From IMG/VR virus record IMGVR_UViG_3300037631_002865, positions 1 through 46,317 of that record: 46,317 nt of DNA. One strand, written 5' to 3'. The notes beneath the pieces are model-generated. The model saw only the letters and a list, made by a program, of their open reading frames with translations, had not been told where the DNA came from and ran no database searches. This DNA is from a virus. Its lineage: Duplodnaviria; Caudoviricetes. Numbering within the stretch: position 1 is the stretch's first letter; each line of letters begins with the position of its first letter. Shown here piece after piece: positions 9,594 through 20,400 of this stretch. The position numbers and the translations under genes were made by a program.

Positions 9594-10425
9594 TTAAAAT
9601 TTCATTCGTTAAAAAGTTCTCGTCTTTGTAATGTACGATTCCATTTGTGATTGCACTGTTTTCAATAAGTAACTGTTTGTTTTTAGGAAACCAGTAGTTA
9701 AGGTTTTCAGTCCATTGATTTGAAACATCATTGTTCCATAGATATTGGCTTCTTGCATCTAGGTCATATAGATTAATTATCTCTACTTCAATTTGCTTTT
9801 CAACATCGAGCATACCAGTTACAATATTGCAAAGTACATTCTTGTTAAATGATTCTGGTTTCTTATCTTTAAAGACACTATTATATGTATCTCTCCAATT
9901 TTGGAAGATCGGATCAGCCATCTTAAACCAATCAATAGCAAGTTGTGATTCTTTCTTAAAATAAATCATACTGTTGTATAGCTTTGGTAGTCCATACATA
10001 TTTTCATACTCAAACTGGAATCTATCATTACTTAACATATTTCTATATGTCATTGCTCTTTTGCTCATTGCTAAGTCATAAGGTGAAAATGTATCCCACA
10101 GTAAGTCAAGATCAACGTTAACAAATATTGTATCATAGTCAACATAAATTGTCTCGTCATATGGTGTTGAATGATGTAATTGCCACAAGTTTGAACCATG
10201 AAATCCGTCAAGATGTCCACTGTTGCCAAATGGAAGTTCCACAGCATAATCAAATGCTGCTTCGTATTTTCCTAAACTGGCTTCTGTTTCACTATTTGCA
10301 CCGTCATATATTATAGTTACACTTGCATCAGGATCACAGGTTTTAATACTTAATGCAGTAGCATAAGCATACTTAATTTTATCAACGTCAGTATTGATAC
10401 CAATAATAACAAATCCACGACTCAT
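9541..10425 (-). CDS. Glycosyltransferase (GT-A, GT8-like)
   Basis: YAYATALSIK...STPYDETIYVDYDTIF (DxD)...YNSMIYFKK...IVHYK. Confidence 0.75.
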   Translation of the reverse strand: MSRGFVIIGINTDVDKIKYAYATALSIKTCDPDASVTIIYDGANSETEASLGKYEAAFDYAVELPFGNSGHLDGFHGSNLWQLHHSTPYDETIYVDYDTIFVNVDLDLLWDTFSPYDLAMSKRAMTYRNMLSNDRFQFEYENMYGLPKLYNSMIYFKKESQLAIDWFKMADPIFQNWRDTYNSVFKDKKPESFNKNVLCNIVTGMLDVEKQIEVEIINLYDLDARSQYLWNNDVSNQWTENLNYWFPKNKQLLIENSAITNGIVHYKDENFLTNEILNEYRAQVNINSRRKAAS

Positions 10426-11324
10426 GTTATACTCTCCATAATTAACTGTTCAAACCTATCAGTTTGTCTTGTTATTGCAAGTTTGTTCATCATATGTAAA
10501 TTTGTATTAGTTTGTCTTGTTAGAATGTTTTTCCATTGCTCTTTTCGATTATGAGATAGTAAGACTAAGTCATTCCAGTCTTTAACTTCAACAAGGTCAT
10601 CTTTTTGGTCCATACTAATTAAAGGTTCACCACCAAAATCATGTACAAAATTATTTTCGTTAAATCCGTTAAGTATGTGTGCTGCTATACTAACACAAAA
10701 ATCTGTACGGAAAAGTCCAGGGGGGAATTGGTATAGTAAATGATAATAGTCCCAATTATCTTTTACATGCTCCCATGTGTCAAAGAAAATCTGTGCTTCA
10801 TCACTTTTATCAAAGTACACAGCGGTACTCCACCAGTGATGTATGCCAGCTTCACTAAGCTGTTGTTCATTCATATAAGGTGCTTGGTGTTCTAAATATC
10901 TTGCATATTTGTGCATAGCAAGCGGTATGTCACTATCAAAAACATAGTCATAAAAGTCGTTCATAATAAAGTAGTCAGTATCAACCAACATTGTTTTTTC
11001 AAACGGACTTAGTGTAAAAATATCATGCTTGTTACTATTACTAAATTGTACACTGAATTCTGTCCACGGACTATCAAAGTGTCTACGTGGATTAGATTCG
11101 TGTGCAACGTCACTGATAACAACAGTATCAAAACAGTATTCATGCATCTTGGAATCAATACTGTCTTTAAGATATGCAAACGTACCCGAATCAGTAATAA
11201 GACAGGTACTATTGTTTTTCATATTTCGTTTTACGTGTGCGGCTGCAAAGTGTGCTAATTTAACATAATCAATCTTGTTGTTGTTATATGCAAAGAAGCA
11301 TGTGCCTTTTTCTTCTTCGCTCAT
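10422..11324 (-). CDS. Glycosyltransferase (GT-A, GT8-like), paralog of 9541..10425
   Basis: LSPFEKTMLVDTDYFI (DxD), WWSTAVYFDK, FRTDFCVSIA, LHMMNK; start placed at ATG 11324, which overlaps the upstream stop (TAATG). Confidence 0.75.
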   Translation of the reverse strand: MSEEEKGTCFFAYNNNKIDYVKLAHFAAAHVKRNMKNNSTCLITDSGTFAYLKDSIDSKMHEYCFDTVVISDVAHESNPRRHFDSPWTEFSVQFSNSNKHDIFTLSPFEKTMLVDTDYFIMNDFYDYVFDSDIPLAMHKYARYLEHQAPYMNEQQLSEAGIHHWWSTAVYFDKSDEAQIFFDTWEHVKDNWDYYHLLYQFPPGLFRTDFCVSIAAHILNGFNENNFVHDFGGEPLISMDQKDDLVEVKDWNDLVLLSHNRKEQWKNILTRQTNTNLHMMNKLAITRQTDRFEQLIMESIT

Positions 11325-11671
11325 TACCAATCCATAAGTTTCTTAATGTTTCTTGCTTTTTTTAGCTTATCCATTTGTACTTTGTATTCATTAACACCCT
11401 CGCTGTAGGCACTAATAAGTAATTCCATAAACTCGTCTAAGTTAGGTATTTCAATAGGGTTTTCTTTAGTATCAAGAATAACACCCTTTGCTTTTCCTTG
11501 TTGTATTAACGCCTGTACAAAGCTAATAGTTACTGGATTAGCTTTGAAGGAACCTCCTTCATGATGCACAAGTTGCAGTGTTTGCATACGTGCAATAATG
11601 TTTTTCTTTTGATTACTTAACGTTGTGCGATAGTTTCCGAATTCCAGCGCTCTTTCAAGTCTCTCATCCAT
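11324..11671 (-). CDS. Hypothetical phage protein, first gene of the modification cluster
   Basis: 115-aa ORF with an AGGAG Shine-Dalgarno and an upstream promoter. Confidence 0.8.
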   Translation of the reverse strand: MDERLERALEFGNYRTTLSNQKKNIIARMQTLQLVHHEGGSFKANPVTISFVQALIQQGKAKGVILDTKENPIEIPNLDEFMELLISAYSEGVNEYKVQMDKLKKARNIKKLMDW

Positions 11672-11697
11672 ATGAGTTTCTCCTATAGTTATATGCT

Positions 11698-11726
11698 AGT
11701 ATAATTATTTATCGGTAAAAAGTCAA
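11698..11726 (-). promoter_or_regulatory. Nested promoter: sigma70-type with a T4-late-like GATAAATA box in its spacer
   Basis: The minus strand reads TTGACT-ttttacc-GATAAATA-at-TATACT (17-nt spacer); GATAAATA at 11706-11713. Confidence 0.65.
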
Positions 11727-11734
11727 GTGTTTTT

Positions 11735-12859
11735 TTAGCCATCATCTGCGGTTTGCAGATTATTCACTATTGAAAACACTGGATCAGGGGTGACATCAAA
11801 GGTCGCATCGTTTTTTGTGATAACATCTGGCATTAGATAACTACATGTTGCTTCTAGTTGTCCATCAGTAACTTGAGCAAATGCTGTGTCGTCTAATGTA
11901 ATTTTAAAATCTACATCTTTACCGTTATCTGCCCATTTTCCATACAATTTCATATAACGGTTAGCGTAACCGCCATATCCGTACCCGTAGCCGTATCCAT
12001 ATCCATATCCATATGCACTACCTGCATCTCCCAGTGGAAGTTGGCTTTCAAATGCATTTTCATGTACATACAAGCCTGCTTGTTGATACCCGTAACCATA
12101 TCCATAACCAGTTGGCGGTGCAGTAACACCACTACTAGTAAACAATAGTTGATATGTGTTGGTTAAATCATAAAAACCTTTGCCTTCACTAGTACCTTGT
12201 GTAATACTACTACTCTGAAATGTATTATCCCATGTAAAGCTCAATACACCAATTTCATTAATAATGTCTGCCCAGTTGTAATAACCAGCAGTACTACCTC
12301 CAGACATTTCCATGTTTAAGCGTAATTGCCCACCACTATTAAAAAAGTAACGAGCATGGTTATAGCTATCAAATGTCCATTTGTGTTCGCCAATTATCTG
12401 GTCTTGCCATAATGCAGTACGCTCATATGGCTGAGCTGGGTTTGCAATATATGAGTTAGCATTTGTTGGATCAATAGTAAGGTGTGTTCCAGCATTTATT
12501 ATACTGTTTAATAATTTTGATTCAACAATGTTAAGGTCTTCTGCACGTATTAGTGTTCTAGCTAGTACGTCTGTACGATTAGACGGAACACTAAAAACTA
12601 AAATAGTATCGTTAATATTAACATGATCCACCATAACGTTAGTGCGGTTAATCATACTTTGTAGTCGTTCAGCAGTAATCAGTGTACCATTAACAAGTGC
12701 ATCTTCTATATTAACAGCTCCCCAACCAAATTTATGGTCAGATCTGTCAGCATCAGTGACAAGCACTGCGGAATATTTGTCACCAAAAATTTTGTTGACA
12801 AGTTCTGCAACTGTGTTATATTCACTGGCTAGTACTACTGTACCTGCTGATACCGCCAT
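11735..12859 (-). CDS. Putative virion (tail/baseplate-associated) protein with Gly-Tyr repeat tracts
   Basis: Last gene of the structural operon; motifs ARYFFNSGGQLR and GFYDLTNTYQLLFT; tracts GYGYGYGY and YGYGYGYGYGYGYGGY. Confidence 0.7.
   Translation of the reverse strand: MAVSAGTVVLASEYNTVAELVNKIFGDKYSAVLVTDADRSDHKFGWGAVNIEDALVNGTLITAERLQSMINRTNVMVDHVNINDTILVFSVPSNRTDVLARTLIRAEDLNIVESKLLNSIINAGTHLTIDPTNANSYIANPAQPYERTALWQDQIIGEHKWTFDSYNHARYFFNSGGQLRLNMEMSGGSTAGYYNWADIINEIGVLSFTWDNTFQSSSITQGTSEGKGFYDLTNTYQLLFTSSGVTAPPTGYGYGYGYQQAGLYVHENAFESQLPLGDAGSAYGYGYGYGYGYGYGGYANRYMKLYGKWADNGKDVDFKITLDDTAFAQVTDGQLEATCSYLMPDVITKNDATFDVTPDPVFSIVNNLQTADDG
11966..12109 (-). repeat. Two coding (Gly-Tyr)n tracts
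   Basis: Tracts at about 12086-12109 and 11966-12014; they use all four Gly codons and both Tyr codons. Confidence 0.9.
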
Positions 12860-12860
12860 G

Positions 12861-13778
12861 TTACTTTGCTCCTACTACTACTTCGATTAAACCTTCACCG
12901 TCATCGGTTTTATCTGCAAGAGCTCTCCCAATAATAATTCTATAATCTAATATATCCGTCATATGCGCTGCTTCAGCATGTCCGGCGACCAAACTAGTAA
13001 CCATTCTATCGCCCTTTTTAATAATTCCAACTACTTTACAAGGTACACGCCCTGCTAATGCCACAAACGGATGTGTATCATCACTACCAGCTGCACTATT
13101 CATTTCAAATCCTGGTGCTGTAGATATAATACCAAATACTTCAGGATCACCATGGTTATAAGTTTGTGTAATTTCTTTCATTCCACCAATTCTTACTACT
13201 GTACCTGGTTCATATACTTCGTCTGATTCATAACGCTCTGCAAGGTCGGCATATTCAGCACTTGTGGCAATGCCTCTAAACTTAAAATTAGTTGTTGTAT
13301 TCATGTTTACGCCAGACTGGATAACTGGAAATTGTGTACTTAATTCAGTTACACCATCTTCCAAATATTCTGTTGACGCAGGTGTCCAAGCGACAGTGTC
13401 ATCTACAAGTATAGTAACAATAACACTATCAACAATATTTTCTATAGTATAGTGCGAAACTCCATTGGTGTCAAGCCTTACTCTTACTTCCATTCTAGTA
13501 TTACCAGCTGGTGATCCAATGGTATACCACTTGCCACTCTCGTATATTTTTAAGTAGCTTTCACTTGTGTCGTACCAAAGTTGTCCCTCAGTTGGGTTTT
13601 CTGGTGCAGTTGTTCCTGCAAAATTTTCTAATAAGTGTAATAAGTCTTCATTAAGATACTCACCAAACCTATTATAGTTCTTACCTATTAGTTTTAAACT
13701 AGTACTTGTATCAACAGTAGCGTCATTTACTACTATTGGTGTCTTACCAGTCTCTGAATAATTTACTGTATATGGCAT
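12861..13778 (-). CDS. Tail fibre/baseplate-associated protein with C-terminal peptidase G2-like autocleaving intramolecular chaperone domain
   Basis: N-terminal LIGKNY...LLENFAGTTAPENPTEGQLWYD; C-terminal ATSAEYADLAERYESDEVYEPGTVV...VALAGRVPCKVVG.IKKGD...IIGRAL. Confidence 0.75.
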   Translation of the reverse strand: MPYTVNYSETGKTPIVVNDATVDTSTSLKLIGKNYNRFGEYLNEDLLHLLENFAGTTAPENPTEGQLWYDTSESYLKIYESGKWYTIGSPAGNTRMEVRVRLDTNGVSHYTIENIVDSVIVTILVDDTVAWTPASTEYLEDGVTELSTQFPVIQSGVNMNTTTNFKFRGIATSAEYADLAERYESDEVYEPGTVVRIGGMKEITQTYNHGDPEVFGIISTAPGFEMNSAAGSDDTHPFVALAGRVPCKVVGIIKKGDRMVTSLVAGHAEAAHMTDILDYRIIIGRALADKTDDGEGLIEVVVGAK

Positions 13779-13787
13779 GTCTTTTCC

Positions 13788-14387
13788 TTAAACGTCACTA
13801 TACGATGTTCGTAGTCTGAGCGTATATATAACTTGTATTTTTCTATTGGCACTTTTTTGTACTGGATGGAAAATTACATGTGTTAACAAATCATCATTAG
13901 CACTGTACAGTGCTAGTTCGTCAAATACATATGTTCCGTCCATGTTGGTTGCAGTGTCTGTAGCATCTTGTCCACTAGGTTCACCATAGTCTAATGTACA
14001 TGTTACAATTACATCGCTAAACAAATTTGTAGCAGTATGTGATACTTCTACACTATTTAATGCTGATCCTGTAACTGCTTCATCTACTGCCTTGCTAAAC
14101 GTTTGGTTGTATAGTGCACCAGTTGACAACGTTGTATTAGTAGCTTTGTATGTTACTGCACCTACTCCGTCAATTGTTGTACCAGCATTACCAAACTTCA
14201 TCGTACCAATGTGATGAGATCCAGTTGCACCAGCTTCGTTTGCTAATAGATTAGCAAGAGCTACGCTCATATTTTCAAAGTTGATAGCATTGCGGCGGCG
14301 AGTAAATACATCGCCGTTTTCGGGATCCCATATTGTAATGTGACCTTCTACGCCTATCATTGTTTTTTCAATTTTATTAACACTCAT
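13788..14387 (-). CDS. Putative baseplate/tail structural protein
   Basis: GHITIWD...NAI...FDELALY...LLTHVIFHPVQKSANRKIQVIYTLR; start reset to ATG 14387, downstream of a TATAAATA box. Confidence 0.7.
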   Translation of the reverse strand: MSVNKIEKTMIGVEGHITIWDPENGDVFTRRRNAINFENMSVALANLLANEAGATGSHHIGTMKFGNAGTTIDGVGAVTYKATNTTLSTGALYNQTFSKAVDEAVTGSALNSVEVSHTATNLFSDVIVTCTLDYGEPSGQDATDTATNMDGTYVFDELALYSANDDLLTHVIFHPVQKSANRKIQVIYTLRLRTSYSDV

Positions 14388-14406
14388 GATTCTTTTCCAT
14401 TTATAA

Positions 14407-14414
14407 TATTTATA
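14407..14414 (-). promoter_or_regulatory. T4-type late promoter TATAAATA
   Basis: Exact TATAAATA on the minus strand, overlapping the stop codon of the 3793-aa gene and 19 nt upstream of ATG 14387. Confidence 0.65.
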
Positions 14415-17400
14415 TCGATCCTGAACCCGCATTTCTAATGAAAGCATGTTCTGTAGAAGTACCTGCATCGGCAAGGCTTACACCACTATCGTTATAGGCT
14501 AGTCTTAAATTATCACCATAATGACCAAAATTATCTAGTATTGGTACACGTGGTTCGTAATTAACTACGGCATTTATGGCATGTGCTTGTGCACTCGTGC
14601 CTCTTGTTCCTCTTGTGCAATATCTCAAGTTGCCGCCCTCGTATGCACCATATTCTATTCTTTCAGTTCCTATCCAAACAACTCCGCCGCCTGCTGGCAT
14701 ATTTGCAAAAATTTGATTTAGCGAAATTGTAGTATCAGTTGCAGTACAACCTTGAGCTAAGAATGTTTTAGTTGCATCAACAATAACTGAACTCTCGTAC
14801 AAGCGATATGTTTCCCAAATATTCATACGGAACGAGCGTGTATCGCTACCAACACCCCAGTTTGAAGCAAACGAAAGTCTTACGTCCCAGTAGTTGGACA
14901 TTCCATTTGGTGAGAAGTTAACTGCCGTACTTGCATCATATTCAACAAATACACCTGTTTTACCGCCGTCTACTACCAGCAACGGAGTAAGATCTTTCGA
15001 TGTTAGTACTGTACTAGTTGCGTAGTTTGGACTGTCAGCACCACCAAATTCGCCAACTCTAAATGTTGATCCATCGTCAAAGCTAATGTCGATATATTCG
15101 GCATTGGTTGCAAAATCGCCTCTGAATTCACACTTCGTAAGACTTGCATTATCAGGCACTCCACCCATCATTGTTTCTAAATCAACAAATCGGCGTACTA
15201 GAGCATTACTTGTTGTTCCAGTTGTATAAGCGGCTGTACGTACTTTGTCAGTTTGTACTAGTATGCTGATGTTCTCGTGAACATCCATTGGTAAAAATTC
15301 TGCTCCCCAACCTTCTTCAGTTGACTGTTGGAATATATTGGCATCGTATATGTACTCAATGTCGCCATCAACTGTAGTAAATGTTATTGCATCAACATTG
15401 TCAGGTGCAGTAGTAAATGTACCACCTTCAAGTACAGTGTCTCCTGCCCATATTCTTGTGCTACGATGATCTTCATACTTCATTGTGATATCTGTCTTAC
15501 GATCATTATCATCTATTTCGGTCGTCCAAGATTCTGCAAACGTATTACGGTCTGCTGTACTGTGTAACTTGGTATGGAAAGGCTTGATTGTATTAAAGAA
15601 GTCTTCAATAACATTTACACTATAGTTTCCATATCGTTTTTTAGCTGTTAGTAGCGGATGATCTACATTTAATTTTACAAACGTAGTTTTAAATGCAAAG
15701 TCATCAGCAGCATTATCTGCAATTGACTGATACAAACACTTAAACCATAGTTTGTTATATTTAACTTTGTGTTTACCTACAAAAATGCGATTACGTAAAC
15801 CATCAAATATGTTACTTAGTATTCCATCAACAGCGTTATCAAATCCGTCAGTATCAAATCCACCTAGATCAAATCCTAATCCAAACTTTTCATTGTTCCA
15901 AAGTTCTTCGCTTAAACGTATAGCACCTTTAACTTTGTATTCTAGTACCCACTCATTATTGATACGTGAATAAATTTCTGGTCTATTAACACCATCATTG
16001 TGTATAACTGTGTTTATTTTTAATGTATCGCCATTTTTATATATAAACGGAACACCCAACTCTCCCATTAACTCTGTACGATCATTTGCAACGTACTTTG
16101 GTTCAATTGCTGTATTGTATTCGTATGTTAGGCTGTCATTATTATCATATGTTCGACGTACATAGTCAGTGTACCCCCAGTAAGGCGACACATCATATGT
16201 CACTTCGCCTTCAACATATGTCTTATTCATAACTGTTTCCCAATTGTCTATAGGACTTCCAGCTAATGGAATGTCAGCTAGTAAATTGTTAGCAGTTTCA
16301 ACAAAGTTTTGTCTTGCGATTAGTATATTTCTAAACAAGCTCTGTCTTGGACGTATAAGATGACCATAACGAGCATATTCGTGTAAGTTTAAGTCAGGCA
16401 GTGCATGTGGACGCAGTACGTCAATATCAGATTCTGGTGTGCCTTCTGGTAATGAGTAATCATAAATTCTAGCCCACAACTCCATGCCTGTGTCTAAACT
16501 AGGCTGGTTACCAGTATTTCCTTCTACTAAACAAATGTAAAATAAGTTGCCTTCTTTTACAACTGCATTTAGCGGATACACTGCACTATTGTTCCAATCT
16601 GTATATGTATATCTTACAGTATGTCTATTATAACCTGTTAAACTATCACGCATTTTAATATGTAACTGTTCAGGAATAATACTTGCTGGATCATTCTCTG
16701 ATAATAGTGTCCATTCACTAAGTGGCAACGCATTACTGTCAACACGTTGATTAACTTGTACAACAGTGTTGTTTGTGATAAACGAGTCAATGTTTGTCAT
16801 AAGCAATTCATTATTGCCTGCCGCAGCCGCCCAACTAATATCAAATGCACTTGGATTTTCTAGTAATCTAGCTAACTGATAAGTGTTGTAATTACGATTT
16901 GACCCTGTGTTGTTTTGTTTATCTTTAACCCAAAAGTAGTAGCTTTTTTCAGTACGTTTAGTTTTACTGTTATAGAATATTTCTTCTGTCCAGTTGTAAA
17001 CAACTTCATTGTCAATAATTGATGATAATGGTACACCAGTTGCTGGGCTTCCGTCAACAACGCCCTTGCGAAGTACAAGTTCTTGCCACTCTTCTGGTGG
17101 TACACTACTTCTGGTCCATTCGTATACATCAATACTTGCACCATCAAATAATCTTGCCCAATATGCTTGTTTATAATCAATACTACTTTGTTCATAGTCT
17201 ACATAGATTGCGGTATTGATATCCCACCAGCGCACACCTACTTCATTACTTGTCCAAGATTTGGTATTTTCAGTAAAGCCATCAATTGAATTGTAATTAT
17301 ATACTGCAATATCTGCTGTTAGTGTAAAGTCTATTTCTTCATCAATGAATCCAGGTATAATTCCTTTTGCTGGATCAAATACTTCAAGCTGTGCAATTGT

Positions 17401-20400
17401 ACTGCGTGTATATGCATCATATAGTTTAACACTTTCAACTAAGTCATTACGTGCTTGTGCAGTACTAGTTCTAACCTTGACCCAATTTCCGCCAGTGTGT
17501 CCTGTACTATTAGTAAACGAACCATTCCACGTATAAACGCCTGGCGCACCAGTTCCATCATCATCAACAAATGCATATATTGGTGATTGTAAATTATCTT
17601 GTCTAACACGCTGGAAGTTGTATTTGAATAACCCGTTTACAGTTGCGTTTGTTTGACTATTAAGTGTATTAAAATCAGGGAATCGAACATTGCGTATTGG
17701 ATAAACATTACCTGCGTTTCCTTCTTCTTGGATATATTCGTCGATAAAGAAACTAGCAGTATTTGCAGAGCTTACATCTGTTACAAGATGAATACCATCA
17801 ATATTTGGTACTGTGTTACTACCTGCAATTAATACATAGTCTCCAGCAGTAAAGTTATGTGTATTTACAAAGTGATCTTCAACTTTAATATTAATTAGTG
17901 CATCATCTGCATCATTATTACCAGCACATGCTTTCTGAATGTGCATACCAAAGTCCATAGTTTGATAAACACCATACCCACTTGTACTACTGTCATCATC
18001 TCCAACATTGTCTGCGACCCAAATACTAAACACATGCGGGTCATTTTCCATTTGTTGGAATACTTGGTTGCCGTCACTACCAACAAAAGCATTAAACACG
18101 TTACTTGTTTGTGTTTGTGTAGCACTAATTGTTCCTGCTGTTAGTCCTACTATACTATTAGCAGTGCCGCCACCAATAACAAGTGTACTGTTGGTACTTG
18201 TTAGTTTTAAACGATTGTTACTGTTACTAGCACCAATGCCACTAATTGCTGCATCATTAATAATATTAATGATTGAGTTTAAGTCAACACTACTACTAAC
18301 AGTAGTAGTTGTAATTGGTGCATTTGTAACACCACTGCCTAGTCCAATTATACTATTAGCAGTACCACTGCCAATATAAAGTGTTTCATTGTTACTGTTA
18401 ATTTGTAATACATTAAGGTTAACACCGCCTGCTTGTGCTGTAACACCACTGATGTTTGCATTGTTGATTTGATTTACAACTTGTGTTATAGTTAAATTTG
18501 GACTACTTAGGTTAATAGAACCACTACTTGTCTCAGTTTGTGAACCAATTGTACTAAACCCAACATCTGCATTTGCAGATGCAACACTAATTGTTAGTGT
18601 AAATGGATTGCTTGGTGTATTTGTTGTTTTTGTAATTGCAATACGATTTTGTGCCGTTGCAGTTGCTAATACATTTGGAATACTTTGATCATTGATTTTG
18701 TTAATAATTTCAGCTACATTATATATTTTAAATCCAGATGTGCTAATTGTATCAATAATAGTTGAATTTGAAATTACACTTGGTGAAAACGTACCTTTTA
18801 CATATGTGTTCCAAGCTGCTATATATGTACCGCCACCAACTGCACTCTGTGTTGCAGTAATATCAGGTGTTGTAACTACTTCTGTTCCAGCAAGAACGTC
18901 AGCTGGAACATAACTTGTTCCACGTACTGCATTGATAATGTTTACATCGCTAGTAATTAGATTTCCAACTGCACTACTATAAGCATGACCAGCACCGTAT
19001 TCTGACAATGCAAATGTAAGGTTAAATCCTGCGGCACTACTTGTATATGAAGTCCACCAAGTATTCCAGTTTGCTTCACTGTCAACAAGTAAAAACTCAG
19101 TTCTAAGATTACTAGTTGCTGTAATTCTAGCACTAGCTAATGAAGGAATGCTTCCGCCAGCACCAGCAATTGTTAGTGCATCTTCCCAAACACTTAGTGC
19201 AGAAATATTAGTTGTAGTAGATTCTAATTCATTGAATAGTATACTTTGACTTTCAATAATAAGCTCTTTAGTAGAACTACCAGTGATTGACGGGTTACTA
19301 GTATTACCAACAATACTAACATCATTATATGTTGTTGTAGTAACTGTACTATCAAAAGTAACTGTACGTGCGTTTGTACTACTTGATCCTAATATAAGTG
19401 TAGAGTTATCAGGAACAACATTACTATCACCAATATTATTTGAACCAGTAACATTGATAATACCAAACGTGGTTGTATCAGTTGTTTGTTCTAGCTCTAC
19501 ATCGATACCATCAATTGTAATGATTTTAGTTTCTTCATTAGCTCGTATAGATGGTAATGTTACAGTTGCAGTTATTTCAATAGGGTCGTTTGGTTTAGTT
19601 AATCCACTTGTTCCATCTGGATCAAGCATTTCCCATACACGCCCTGCATATATAACACGGTCTTTATATTTGTATGCTGTCTTATTATCCCATTGCTTAA
19701 TAGTTTTCCAGTTACCATCAAACTTGTATGCTGGCTTTACTTCTTGTGGAAACTTAGCAAAATCTTCTTTGTTTAGTACACGATAATCTGTCTCAGTTAA
19801 TAATGGTAATCCTGCTGTAACAAAGTCATTTGCATATATATTTTCTTGTTCAATAGTTGTGTAGTTAAACGTTTTAGGAGGTCTAGTTGTAAAGTTATTG
19901 CCTGGTATTCCGTTAACCAATAGTGGGCTATTAAAATCTACATCAATAACAATGTCACTTAGAACGTCATTTAGCTCCGTGGAGCTAAAGCGAACTGGTT
20001 GTGGATTAGTTTTAAGTAAATCTGTTGTTAGTTCAAACTCTAGTGTGTTTCTACTACGGGTGTCACCATAGTCTGCTGTACGTATTGCCCATTCTTCATG
20101 AACAGTTGCCGTACTTAGGGTACCAAATAGTCCAGTGTTGCGCATAAATGCGTTAAGAGCGTGTCTTGTACCACGATATTTGCGTGAACCTTTAACAAAG
20201 TTAAACAATGTGTCGTCGTCTAAACCAACAACTTCGTTCCAAATTGGCTTGTTGTATCCAGTATTAAATCTTGCGGCGTCCACTTGCTGTTGATTGCTTA
20301 GTGTATTACCTGCACCATAATACTGATCTATTTCGTTTGCAACTGTATCAAAGTTTGGAACAACTGAGCTAGAATTTACAATATAACCTGGTGCAAATAA

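Noticed and set aside
7633-11324. T4-type DNA glucosyltransferases
   Set aside because: T4 alpha- and beta-glucosyltransferases are GT-B fold, whereas these have GT-A DxD motifs. No hydroxymethylase or other base-modification gene is seen here. DNA as the target is not excluded but is unsupported.
11966-12014. Microsatellite or CRISPR-like repeat
   Set aside because: The 6-nt periodicity comes from Gly-Tyr codons with varied third positions; there is no repeat-spacer structure.
14388-14474. N-terminal extension of ORF 13788..14474 given by the track
   Set aside because: It overlaps the giant gene and lies upstream of the late promoter; ATG 14387 is the better start. Similar start corrections were made at 6144, 11324 and 40416.
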